Positions 49,542 through 58,178 of a stretch of DNA of 64,000 nucleotides are shown here, one piece after another. The notes beneath the pieces are model-generated. The model was not told the origin of the DNA, did not search any database, and worked only from the letters and a program-made list of their open reading frames with translations. Source of the DNA: Streptosporangiaceae bacterium (GTDB lineage Bacteria > Actinomycetota > Actinomycetes > Streptosporangiales > Streptosporangiaceae). How positions within the stretch are numbered: the stretch's first letter is position 1; each line of letters begins with the position of its first letter. Position numbers and translations under genes: made by a program. The stretch spans positions 2,539 to 66,538 of the forward strand of contig DATNEK010000062.1 of assembly GCA_035553055.1 (NCBI GenBank). The letters run 5' to 3'.

Positions 49542-51032
49542 GTGGCCACTTCCGCAGCAGCTCGCGCAGCGGGCACGAACACTACCAGCAAGAAGGAATC
49601 GGCGACAAGCTCTGGCAGCACGAAGCCCGCGGGCACGCGGTCAAAGCGCACCACGGCAAGCCCCGCGCGGGCCAGGACAGCGCCAGCCGCGCCAGTCACC
49701 ACGGCCGCTCCGGCCGCCGACCCGTCCGGATTGGCTCGCCGTACCTATGTGCTAGACACCAGCGTCCTGCTCGCCGATCCAGGCGCATTCGGCAGATTCG
49801 CTGAGCACAGAGTCGTGCTGCCGCTGGTCGTGATCACCGAGCTTGAGGCCAAGCGCAACCATCCCGAGCTTGGCTACTTCGCCAGGGCCGCCCTCCGCTA
49901 CCTGGACGACCTGCGGATGACGCACGACCGGCTCGACGCCGACATCGAGATCGGCGATCTCGGCGGGACGGTCAGGGTCGAGCTGAACCACACCGACCCC
50001 TCGGTGCTGCCGGCCGGGTTCCGGCTTGCCGACAACGACACGAGAATCCTGTCCGTCGCGCGCAGCCTGGCGACGGAAGGCGAGAGCGTCGTCCTGGTCA
50101 GCAAGGATCTGCCACTGCGGATCAAGGCCGCGGCCATCGGCTTGGCCGCTCAGGAATATCGCGCGGAACTGCCGCCGGAAACAGGCTGGACCGGCATGCG
50201 CGAGATCGAAATCGCCGGCGCGGAGGTCGACGAGCTGTACGCCAGCGGCACGCTTGACTTGCCTGCGGCCCGTGACCTGCCATGCCACACCGGCTTGGTG
50301 CTCTACTCGAGCTGCGTGGGCTCGGGCAGCGCGCTCGGCCGGGTCCAGCCCGACAAGTCCGTCAGGCTGGTTCGCTGCGACCGCGACGTGTTCGGGCTGC
50401 GCGGCCGCAGCGCTGAGCAGCGGATCGCGCTTGACCTGCTGCTCGACCAGGAGATTGGCATCATCTCGCTCGGCGGGCGGGCAGGCACAGGCAAGTCGGC
50501 GCTCGCGCTCTGCGCCGGACTCGAAGCCGTGCTCGAACGCCGCCAGCACCGCAAAGTCGTCGTCTTCCGTCCGCTCTACCCGGTCGGCGGCCAGGAACTT
50601 GGCTACCTGCCCGGCTCGGAAGCCGACAAGATGAACCCGTGGGCGCAGGCGGTCTTCGACACGCTGGGCGCCGTCACCACCCCTGACGTCATCGACGAAG
50701 TGGTCGCCAGGGACATGCTCGAGGTTCTGCCGCTTACCCACATCAGGGGCCGGTCGCTGCACGACTCGTTCGTGATCGTGGACGAGGCGCAGTCGCTCGA
50801 GCGGGGCGTGCTGCTCACCGTGCTTTCAAGGGTCGGATCAGGCTCACGCGTGGTGCTCACGCACGACATCGCGCAACGTGACAACCTGCGCGTCGGCAGG
50901 CACGATGGCGTCGTCGCGGTGATCGAAAAGCTGAAGGGCCACCCCTTGTTCGCTCACATCACGCTCGTCCGCTCTGAGCGCTCGCAGATCGCCGCCCTCG
51001 TCACCGAGATGCTGGAGGACACGACCGGGTAG
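49542..51032 (+). CDS. phoH2: PhoH2-type protein (N-terminal PIN domain plus PhoH ATPase)
   Basis: [12 protein letters not shown] (PIN acidic residue), Walker [13 protein letters not shown] and FVIVDEAQ. The N-terminus is a low-complexity Ala/Thr/Ser/Lys-rich leader. Confidence 0.9.
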   Translation: MATSAAARAAGTNTTSKKESATSSGSTKPAGTRSKRTTASPARARTAPAAPVTTAAPAADPSGLARRTYVLDTSVLLADPGAFGRFAEHRVVLPLVVITELEAKRNHPELGYFARAALRYLDDLRMTHDRLDADIEIGDLGGTVRVELNHTDPSVLPAGFRLADNDTRILSVARSLATEGESVVLVSKDLPLRIKAAAIGLAAQEYRAELPPETGWTGMREIEIAGAEVDELYASGTLDLPAARDLPCHTGLVLYSSCVGSGSALGRVQPDKSVRLVRCDRDVFGLRGRSAEQRIALDLLLDQEIGIISLGGRAGTGKSALALCAGLEAVLERRQHRKVVVFRPLYPVGGQELGYLPGSEADKMNPWAQAVFDTLGAVTTPDVIDEVVARDMLEVLPLTHIRGRSLHDSFVIVDEAQSLERGVLLTVLSRVGSGSRVVLTHDIAQRDNLRVGRHDGVVAVIEKLKGHPLFAHITLVRSERSQIAALVTEMLEDTTG

Positions 51033-51046
51033 CCCGATGGGGTACC

Positions 51047-52099
51047 GTGACGACCGTGGCTGAACCAGTCTCGGTGATAATGCCGGTCCGCAACGAGGAG
51101 CGGCACCTGGCCGAGGCAGTCAGCGCTGTCCTGTGCCAGGACTATCCTGGCGCCCTTGAACTGGTGCTCGCGGTCGGTCCATCGAAGGATAAGACCGAGC
51201 ACATCGCGGAAGGACTTGCCGCCGCCGATCGGCGGATAACCGTAGTCGCTAACCCGTCCGGGCATATCCCGGCCGCGCTCAACGCGGCGGTCAAGGCGTC
51301 GAGGCATGACGTTGTCATCCGGGTAGACGGGCACGCGCTGCTGCCGCCCGGATACATAGCGACAGCGGTGCGGACGCTGGCGGACACCGGTGCTGTCAAT
51401 GTCGGCGGCATCATGGCCGCTGAGGGAATCACGCCGTTCCAGCGCGCGGTGGCGTGGGCGATGACCTCTCCGGCCGGCGTCGGCTCGGCGAAATACCACA
51501 CCGGCGGCGAGCCTGGCCCGGCCAGCTCGGTGTATCTCGGTGCGTTCCGCCGCTCGGCGATCGACGGCGTCGGCGGCTACGACGAGCGATACCTGCGCGC
51601 CGAGGACTGGGAGATGAACCACAGGCTCCGCGAGGCCGGTGGCCTGGTCTGGTTTCAGCCTGAGCTGAAGGTCAGCTACCGGCCCCGCGCCACTATCGGA
51701 GCGCTCTGGTCGCAGTATTTCCACTACGGCCGCTGGCGGCACGTGGTAGCCAGAATGCACGCTGGCACGATCAACCCCCGGTACCTGGCGCCGCCGACCG
51801 CGGTCAGCGCGATGGCGGTAGGGACGCTTGCCGGGCTCGCTGGCCTTTTCGCCCTGGCGGCCGGCGTCGGCGGCTGGCTGCCCTGGCTGCTGGCTGGTTT
51901 CGCCGCGCCGCTGCTCTACCTTCTTGGTGTGCTCGCGGTGACGGCAACGGCAGCGGTGTCGGTACGCGGCCAGGCTCTCGCCATGCTGCCGGCCGTGCTG
52001 GCCACCATGCACATCAGCTGGGGCGTCGGTTTCCTCACCAGCCCGCGCCGCCTGGTCCCAACCCGCCCGATGACGGCGACGTTAGTCCGTAGCGGCTAG
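51047..52099 (+). CDS. Family 2 glycosyltransferase with C-terminal membrane spans
   Basis: VSVIMPVRNEERHLAEAV, IRVDGH and RAEDWEMNHRL, followed by 3-4 C-terminal TM helices. Confidence 0.88.
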   Translation: MTTVAEPVSVIMPVRNEERHLAEAVSAVLCQDYPGALELVLAVGPSKDKTEHIAEGLAAADRRITVVANPSGHIPAALNAAVKASRHDVVIRVDGHALLPPGYIATAVRTLADTGAVNVGGIMAAEGITPFQRAVAWAMTSPAGVGSAKYHTGGEPGPASSVYLGAFRRSAIDGVGGYDERYLRAEDWEMNHRLREAGGLVWFQPELKVSYRPRATIGALWSQYFHYGRWRHVVARMHAGTINPRYLAPPTAVSAMAVGTLAGLAGLFALAAGVGGWLPWLLAGFAAPLLYLLGVLAVTATAAVSVRGQALAMLPAVLATMHISWGVGFLTSPRRLVPTRPMTATLVRSG

Positions 52100-52795
52100 G
52101 AACGACTCGGCGACCTTGAGATCGCCAGGGTAGGTGATCTTGAGGTTCCGCTCGGTGCCGGGGATTGCCCGGATTTTGACGTCGGGCAGGTACCGCAGCA
52201 CGATTCCGCAATCATCGGTTGCACTGAACCCGGCCGCGTCGGGATCGGCGGCAGCGAGCTGATAGGCGCGGCGTATCACGGAGAGCCGGAAACCCTGCGG
52301 AGTCTGGCACCGGGCGAGTGACTCCCTCGGCGGAATTGACGTCATCACGCCACCCGCAACCTCGACGATCGTGTCCGCGGTTGGTACGACGACCCCGACC
52401 GCCTGGCAGTCGGCCAGCGCGGCCACGCAGTCCGCGATGATCCGCTGATCGACCAGCGGCCTGGCCGCGTCGTGGAACAGCACATTGAAGTCGGCCGCCG
52501 ACGGGCCGTCGCCGCTGAGCAACTCGATCGCGCTTAGAGTCGAGCCAGGGCGGTCAATACCACCGGCGATGATCTCGGTGAGTTTGCTGTACCTGCTGCC
52601 GAGCAGTCTGGTGCCTTCTGCCACGAACTCGGCTGGCAACACGACGACGAGGCGTTCCACGCCGGGGGCCTGCTGGAACGCGCTGACCGAGTGCTCAAGC
52701 AGCGTCCGCCCGGCCAGCAGCTGCAGTTGCTTGGGGACCGTACCGCCAAGTCGCAGTCCTGAACCACCCGCGAGCACCACGGCGACCGTTCGCAT
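52082..52795 (-). CDS. IspD/TarI family phospho-polyol cytidylyltransferase
   Basis: AVVLAGGSGLRLGGTVPKQL, HDAARP, QTPQGF and NLKITYPGDLKVAE. Sequence alone cannot separate MEP-pathway IspD from ribitol-5-P cytidylyltransferase. The context is an envelope locus, not ispF. Confidence 0.85.
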   Translation of the reverse strand: MRTVAVVLAGGSGLRLGGTVPKQLQLLAGRTLLEHSVSAFQQAPGVERLVVVLPAEFVAEGTRLLGSRYSKLTEIIAGGIDRPGSTLSAIELLSGDGPSAADFNVLFHDAARPLVDQRIIADCVAALADCQAVGVVVPTADTIVEVAGGVMTSIPPRESLARCQTPQGFRLSVIRRAYQLAAADPDAAGFSATDDCGIVLRYLPDVKIRAIPGTERNLKITYPGDLKVAESFLAATD

Positions 52796-52812
52796 GATCG
52801 GACCTTACCTAG

Positions 52813-54630
52813 ATGGCCGATCCGGCCGCGCCGGGGCGGGTGCTGGACAGATCCGGCGTCGCACAGACGCGCCCGGTTACGGCCCGCTGCTGGTTCGGTC
52901 GCGCGATGAGTACTCTAAGTAATTGGAGAATGTCAATTGGTCATTTCCAATCGCAGCCTGGAGGGCCGATCTTCGCCGGATTGCGGCGAGCCTTTGGCGA
53001 GCCGGGGCGGACCAAGCCAGCCGCCGAGCGGACTGGCTACGCGGGTGTCGATCAAGCTGACCGGCAGTCAGCCGGGGCGCAGCCGCTCGCGCCCAACTTG
53101 TCGCTGGCCAGCCCCAACGTGCGGGCTGCGGCCGAGCCGACGCCGCGACCCGGTGGCATCGCGGGCGACCTGGCGCGACGGGGCCGCGCGGGCGCGGATT
53201 GGACGATCCGGCTGGCCGCGAACCGCGCGATCGCACCGAACTCCCTGACCGGCGTTTCCCTGCTGCTAGGCCTGTGCGCCGCCGCTTGGCTGAGCGGCGG
53301 CACCGGCCAGGACGACGTGCGCGGGCTGATCACGACCGGAACGTGGGTAGTCATGCGCGCCGCGGCCACGCGGCTTTCCTCGGCGACGGCGCGACGGGCC
53401 GGTCGCGGCGGGCAGGTCGGGCGGGGTCGGCAGCTTCAGCCCGACCGCAGCGACTGGATGGTCCTGCCGGGCTTCGACTGGAGCGGGGAAGAACCGCCGA
53501 AGCGGCCCGGCGTCGGGCGGCCCGGCTTCAGGCAGCCCCACCTCAGGCAGCCCCACCTCAGGCAGCACAGCACAGGACTGGCGCGCGAACGGGAGTTCGG
53601 CTGGTTCTACGCCGTGTGCGCGACGGCCGGGGAATCGGCCATCTACGGCGGCATCGCTGCCGGTGCCGAGTCGGCCGGATGGACCGCTACCTGGCCGCTC
53701 GCCGTCGCGATCGTGATCGTCGGGTCGATCGCGGCGATCCCGCGCGCCTGCGGTTCCGCCGCTGCCTTGGCTGGCTTCCGCAGGAGGAAGACCACCAGGG
53801 TCTTCGGCACGCTAGCCGCGCTCACCTTCCCGCCCATCGGCGGCCGCGTACTGCTGGCAACGCTGATCGTGGTCGGTTACGGACCTCGGATCGCGCTGGT
53901 CGTCGTGCTTGCCGCCGGGACGGTGTCCCTGGTTCGCACCCTCATCGAGACCGGCGGCCTGATGGCAGCGGTTCGGCGGGCGGCGGCCGCGTCGTCGGCC
54001 GGAAGGGCCGCGACCTCCGTCGTCTACGACGTGGTGGTGGCCTGCCGCGATGACGGTCCCCTCGCTCGCCGAGCTGGCTGGCTGGTACGCGGAAACCTGA
54101 TGCCGGTGCCGCCGGCCACCGCTGGCCTCGTCGCGATCGGGCTGCTCACCGCGCTCGGCATCAGGAGCCTGCCAGGCATCGTCGCGCTGACGCCCGTTGT
54201 CGTGCTGCTGCTCGCCGCGCCCGGGTCGAGCCACCCGCACGATGGACGGTCCGACTGGCTCGTACCGGTGCTGCTGTGCGTCGCGCAGTACCTGTACCTC
54301 GCGGTGCTCGGCGCGGCCGGGTCGGTGTCCTGGCTAGTCGTCTACACCGCCTGCTCGATGACCGCCATCTGGTACGCGAGCCTGACGGCGAGTCGAGCAC
54401 GGGCTACGCCCCCGCCCGCCAGGACCCGGCTCAGCAGGAGGACGCGGGTCAGCCAGATCATGGCCAGGAGAACTGAAGGCATCGGCTGGGAAGGCAGGGT
54501 CGGCCTTGTCAGCGTGGCCGGGATGTTCGGTATCGCGACGTTCGGGTACCTTGGGCTGACGGCATGCCTTGGCGTGCTGATATGCAGAAAGATGATCAGC
54601 GACTACCTGGGGGAGGACCGGCGCCAGTGA
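52813..54630 (+). CDS. Polytopic (~10-11 TM) membrane protein of unknown function, first gene of the coupled operon
   Basis: Long ORF with good GC3. Its first TM segment APNSLTGVSLLLGLCAAAWLSGG parallels SPNAVTLAFIACGVAAGVVIAFGG of the neighbouring CDP-alcohol transferase, but the DG(x2)AR motif is absent. The start is uncertain: 52813, 52906 or 52929, with an AT-rich patch at 52905-52950. Confidence 0.7.
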   Translation: MADPAAPGRVLDRSGVAQTRPVTARCWFGRAMSTLSNWRMSIGHFQSQPGGPIFAGLRRAFGEPGRTKPAAERTGYAGVDQADRQSAGAQPLAPNLSLASPNVRAAAEPTPRPGGIAGDLARRGRAGADWTIRLAANRAIAPNSLTGVSLLLGLCAAAWLSGGTGQDDVRGLITTGTWVVMRAAATRLSSATARRAGRGGQVGRGRQLQPDRSDWMVLPGFDWSGEEPPKRPGVGRPGFRQPHLRQPHLRQHSTGLAREREFGWFYAVCATAGESAIYGGIAAGAESAGWTATWPLAVAIVIVGSIAAIPRACGSAAALAGFRRRKTTRVFGTLAALTFPPIGGRVLLATLIVVGYGPRIALVVVLAAGTVSLVRTLIETGGLMAAVRRAAAASSAGRAATSVVYDVVVACRDDGPLARRAGWLVRGNLMPVPPATAGLVAIGLLTALGIRSLPGIVALTPVVVLLLAAPGSSHPHDGRSDWLVPVLLCVAQYLYLAVLGAAGSVSWLVVYTACSMTAIWYASLTASRARATPPPARTRLSRRTRVSQIMARRTEGIGWEGRVGLVSVAGMFGIATFGYLGLTACLGVLICRKMISDYLGEDRRQ

Positions 54631-55388
54631 TCGGTATGGTGCTGGCCGCCGGCGCTGGCCGTCGGCTGCGCCCGCACACCGATGCGCTGCCCAAGGCCCT
54701 GCTGCCGGTCGATGGCGAGACAACGATCTTGGACATCGGCCTGCGCAACCTCGCCGCCGTCGGCCTTAGCGAGGTCGTGATCGTCGTTGGCTACGCCGCC
54801 AGCGCTATCGCCCGTCGGGTACCCGAGCTTGAGCGGGCTTACGGCCTCACGATCAGGCTCGTGCACAACGACCGGGCGCAGGAGTGGAACAACGCCTACT
54901 CGCTCTGGCTCGCGAGATCCTATTTCGACCGTGGCGTCCTGCTCGCTAACGGCGACACCGTGCACCCCAAGAGCGTCGAAGAGTCGGTGCTGGCCCGGGC
55001 AAGCGCGATCGCTACCACCGCGCCGGCCCCGCCAGGGCGCCTCGTGATCGCGATCGACGACGTCAAGCCGCTAGCTGACGAAGAGATGAAGGTAACGCTC
55101 GATCACGCCGGGCTGATGCTGCGGATCACCAAGCTGATGGACCCGACGCTGGCGCACGGCGAGTACATAGGCGTCACCCTGATCGAGCCGTCGGCCGCGA
55201 CCGGGCTCGCCGAGGCGCTAGAGACCACCTGGCGGCGTGATCCCGGCCTGTACTACGAGGACGGGTTCGCCGAGTTCGCCAGGAGCGGAGGCGCGGTCCT
55301 GGCGGCGTCCATAGGCGTTGTTGACTGGGTCGAGGTCGACAACCACGAGGATCTGCGGCGGGCCAGGCAGATCGCCGCCCGCTGCTAA
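54627..55388 (+). CDS. LicC/IPCT-like phospho-alcohol nucleotidyl(cytidylyl)transferase
   Basis: GMVLAAGAGRRLRPHTDALPKALLPV and EWNNAYSLWL (compare YNNFYSLYL in LicC). The GTG start overlaps the upstream stop (GTGA). GGGGGAGGA RBS. Confidence 0.85.
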   Translation: MIGMVLAAGAGRRLRPHTDALPKALLPVDGETTILDIGLRNLAAVGLSEVVIVVGYAASAIARRVPELERAYGLTIRLVHNDRAQEWNNAYSLWLARSYFDRGVLLANGDTVHPKSVEESVLARASAIATTAPAPPGRLVIAIDDVKPLADEEMKVTLDHAGLMLRITKLMDPTLAHGEYIGVTLIEPSAATGLAEALETTWRRDPGLYYEDGFAEFARSGGAVLAASIGVVDWVEVDNHEDLRRARQIAARC

Positions 55389-55456
55389 CCTCACCACAGG
55401 CCCGCGCTCCGCTCGCAGGGAGCGGTCTGGCGCGACGGCTGGCTCTAGGAGGATCG

Positions 55457-56509
55457 TTGCCCCTGCTCGCCCGTATGATCGCGGCACCGCTTGTCATCGA
55501 CGTGCGGCCAGGCGCGATCGGCGGCCTCGGCGCGTTGCTCGCCGACCGCCGCATCGCCGTTGAGGGACGGGTGGCGGTGGCGGTCGGCCCTGGGCAAGGT
55601 GAGTCGATCGCGGCCGAGCTTGACATCGGCTCAGCGGAATTGTTCAAGGTTCCAGACGGCAGCCACGAGGTCGCCGTCGCCCTCGGCAAGGACCTGCGAG
55701 CAGGCACCTACGAGGCGGTGGCCGGCATCGGCGGCGGCAAGACGATAGACGTCACCAAGTTCGCGGCGCACATGGCGGGCATTCCGATGGTCTCGGTCGC
55801 GACCAGCCTTGCCCATGACGGCATCGCTTCGCCGGTGAGCACCCTGGCGCACGAGTCTGGCAACGGCTCTTATGGCGTCGTGCCGCCCGTCGCCGTCGTC
55901 GTCGACCTCAACCGGGTCAAGCACGCCCCGGGGTCGCTCGCCATCGCCGGCATCGGAGACGTCGTCAGCAACCTGTCGGCCATCGCCGACTGGGAGCTAT
56001 CCGCGGCCGACACCGGCGAACCGGTCGACGGGCTCGCCGTGGCGATGGCGAGGTCGGCCGCGCAGGCCGTGCTTAACCAGCCAGGCGAAGCCACGTCGAA
56101 CGATTTCCTGACCGTGCTGGCCGAGGCGCTGATCATGTCGGGCATGGCAATGGTCGTCGCCGGGTCGAGCCGGCCGAGCAGCGGCGGCGATCACGAGATC
56201 ATGCACGCGATCAACCACTTGTTCCCCGGCGCGGCGAGCCACGGCGAGCTGGCCGGGCTCGGCGCCTCGTTCTGCGGCTACCTACGCGGGGACACGGCGC
56301 ACTTCGAGGCGATATCCTCCTGCCTGCGCCGGCACGGCCTGCCGAGGCATCCTGAGCAGGTAGGCCTGTCGGCTGAACAGTTCACAGCCGCCGTTATGCA
56401 CGCCCCGGCGACCCGGCCCGGCCGGTACACGATCCTGGAGCGGCTCGCCATGTCACCAGCGCAGGCCCGCGCCAGAGTGGAGGAGTATGTCAGCGCCATC
56501 GCTGGCTGA
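55457..56509 (+). CDS. Iron-ADH-fold dehydrogenase resembling sn-glycerol-1-phosphate dehydrogenase (EgsA/AraM-like)
   Basis: GIGGGKTIDVTKFAA and VSVATSLAHDGIASP. The xHDGIASP block is what I recall from G1P dehydrogenases. Later His ligands are DHEIMHAINH and HGELAG. Confidence 0.75.
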   Translation: MPLLARMIAAPLVIDVRPGAIGGLGALLADRRIAVEGRVAVAVGPGQGESIAAELDIGSAELFKVPDGSHEVAVALGKDLRAGTYEAVAGIGGGKTIDVTKFAAHMAGIPMVSVATSLAHDGIASPVSTLAHESGNGSYGVVPPVAVVVDLNRVKHAPGSLAIAGIGDVVSNLSAIADWELSAADTGEPVDGLAVAMARSAAQAVLNQPGEATSNDFLTVLAEALIMSGMAMVVAGSSRPSSGGDHEIMHAINHLFPGAASHGELAGLGASFCGYLRGDTAHFEAISSCLRRHGLPRHPEQVGLSAEQFTAAVMHAPATRPGRYTILERLAMSPAQARARVEEYVSAIAG

Positions 56510-57260
56510 GCTTCGGTCGCAAGGCCAGCCGCAGGCCGTAATCGACCGGCTGAACGACGAGCACTGGGCCGGCCGTCTGTACATGCGCAAGCTGTCGCCG
56601 TACGCTACCTGGGTATTCGCCAGGCTCGGCTGGTCGCCCAACGCGGTGACGCTCGCCTTCATCGCCTGCGGCGTCGCGGCCGGAGTGGTGATCGCGTTCG
56701 GCGGGCTGCTGACCGCAATCGTCGGGGCGGTGCTGATCCAGGGATACTTGCTCTTTGACTGCTCGGACGGCGAACTGGCCAGGTGGTCGGGCCGCACCTC
56801 GGCGCGCGGGCTCTACCTGGACCTGGTCGGACACTACCTGGGCGAGAGCGCACTGCTGGTCGGGCTCGGGTTTCGCGCGCAGGGTCACCTGACGGTGTCG
56901 GGGGACTACATCACCGCCGGGGTCGGCGCGGCGCTGCTCGCGATGATCGTCAAAGCCGAGACCGACAACGTGATCGTGGCCAGGGCCAAGCAAGGGCTGC
57001 CAGCGACGTACGCCGACGCCGCGCTCGCCCCGGCTGGTTCCGGCCTGGCGCTGGCCAGGAAGCTCGCGAGCGTGCTGCGCGTTCACCGGATCACGCAGGC
57101 AGTCGAACTGTCGGTGCTTGTGCTGGCCGCGGCGATCATCGACGCCGCCAGGGGCGGCCAGGCAGCCACCCGCGTCTTGCTTCTCGTCTGCCTGGTCGTG
57201 GCGGCCCTCATGGTGATCGCGCACCTGGTGGCCATCATGGCGTCGAGGAGACTGCGTTGA
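56487..57260 (+). CDS. CDP-alcohol phosphotransferase family membrane enzyme
   Basis: Intact signature FDCSDGELARWSG...LYLDLVGHYL (D-x2-D-G-x2-A-R ... D-x3-D-like). 6 TM spans. Overlaps the preceding gene by 23 nt. Confidence 0.88.
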   Translation: MSAPSLAELRSQGQPQAVIDRLNDEHWAGRLYMRKLSPYATWVFARLGWSPNAVTLAFIACGVAAGVVIAFGGLLTAIVGAVLIQGYLLFDCSDGELARWSGRTSARGLYLDLVGHYLGESALLVGLGFRAQGHLTVSGDYITAGVGAALLAMIVKAETDNVIVARAKQGLPATYADAALAPAGSGLALARKLASVLRVHRITQAVELSVLVLAAAIIDAARGGQAATRVLLLVCLVVAALMVIAHLVAIMASRRLR

Positions 57261-58117
57261 AGCTGTCGATTGTGATCTTGACCATGGGCAACAGGCCCGA
57301 CGAGGTCGCTCGCGCGATCGGGAGCACGGAGCCGCTCCGAGCGGCAGGCGCCGAGGTGATCGTCGTAGGAAACGGCGCTGACCCGCCGCCGGTGCCAGCC
57401 GACGTGACCGCGCTCAAGCTTCCGGAGAACGCTGGCGTGCCCGGCGGCCGCAACGCGGCAGTGGCGGCCTGCACGGGCGACGTCGTGCTGTTCCTCGACG
57501 ATGATGCCTGGTATCCCGAGCCCGCGGCGCTCGGCGATCACATCACCGAGCGATTCGGCGCTGACCCGTCGCTGGCCGTGCTGTCGTTCCGTGTCGTCGA
57601 TCCGGAAGGCGGGGCAGGCGCGCGCTGGCACGTGCCGCGGCTGCGGGTCGGCGACCCCGAGCGTGCCTCAGAGGTGACCACGTTCGCCGGCGGTGCCTGC
57701 GCGATCAGGCGGTCTGCCTATGACGAGGTCGGTGGCCAGCCTGGCCGGTTCTTCTTCGGGCACGAGGAGACCGACCAGTCCTGGCGGCTGATCGGGCTTG
57801 GCTACCGGATCGAATACGACCCGGCCGCACGGGCGTGCCACCCGCCGGCTGCCAACGCCAGGCACGCGACCTGGTATCGGACGGAAGCTCGCAACCGGGT
57901 CTGGCTGGCCAGAAGAAACCTCCGGTGGCCGCTGGCGATCTGGTACCTGGCCGACTGGGTCGTGCTGACCTTGATCAGGGAACGCTCGGCAAGCGCGCTG
58001 CGCGCCTGGTTCGCCGGCTTCGCCGATGGGTGGCGGCTCGACCCTGGACCCAGGCAGTCGATGTCGCTGCGCACCATCTGGCGCCTCACCAGGGCTGGCC
58101 GCCCCCCCATCGTCTAG
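57257..58117 (+). CDS. Family 2 glycosyltransferase
   Basis: LSIVILTMGNRPDEV, NAGVPGGRN and FLDDDAW (DxD). The TTG start overlaps the upstream stop (TTGA). The track ORF from 56783 is an out-of-context N-extension. Confidence 0.85.
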   Translation: MKLSIVILTMGNRPDEVARAIGSTEPLRAAGAEVIVVGNGADPPPVPADVTALKLPENAGVPGGRNAAVAACTGDVVLFLDDDAWYPEPAALGDHITERFGADPSLAVLSFRVVDPEGGAGARWHVPRLRVGDPERASEVTTFAGGACAIRRSAYDEVGGQPGRFFFGHEETDQSWRLIGLGYRIEYDPAARACHPPAANARHATWYRTEARNRVWLARRNLRWPLAIWYLADWVVLTLIRERSASALRAWFAGFADGWRLDPGPRQSMSLRTIWRLTRAGRPPIV

Positions 58118-58178
58118 GCCGAATCCCGGATCCGCTGGCCAGGCCCATGGTCGGTCGGTGCCCGGATCGACCTCGGAT

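Noticed and set aside
49752-52012. Minus-strand ORFs 49752-50762 (336 aa) and 50954-52012 (352 aa)
   Set aside because: Antisense shadows of phoH2 and the GT2 gene.
56783-57256. N-terminal 158 codons of the 444-aa track ORF leading into the GT2 gene
   Set aside because: This part is off-frame within the CDP-alcohol transferase gene and translates to Arg/Gly-rich sequence. The GT2 homology begins at LSIVILTMGN, right after the TTGA junction at 57257.
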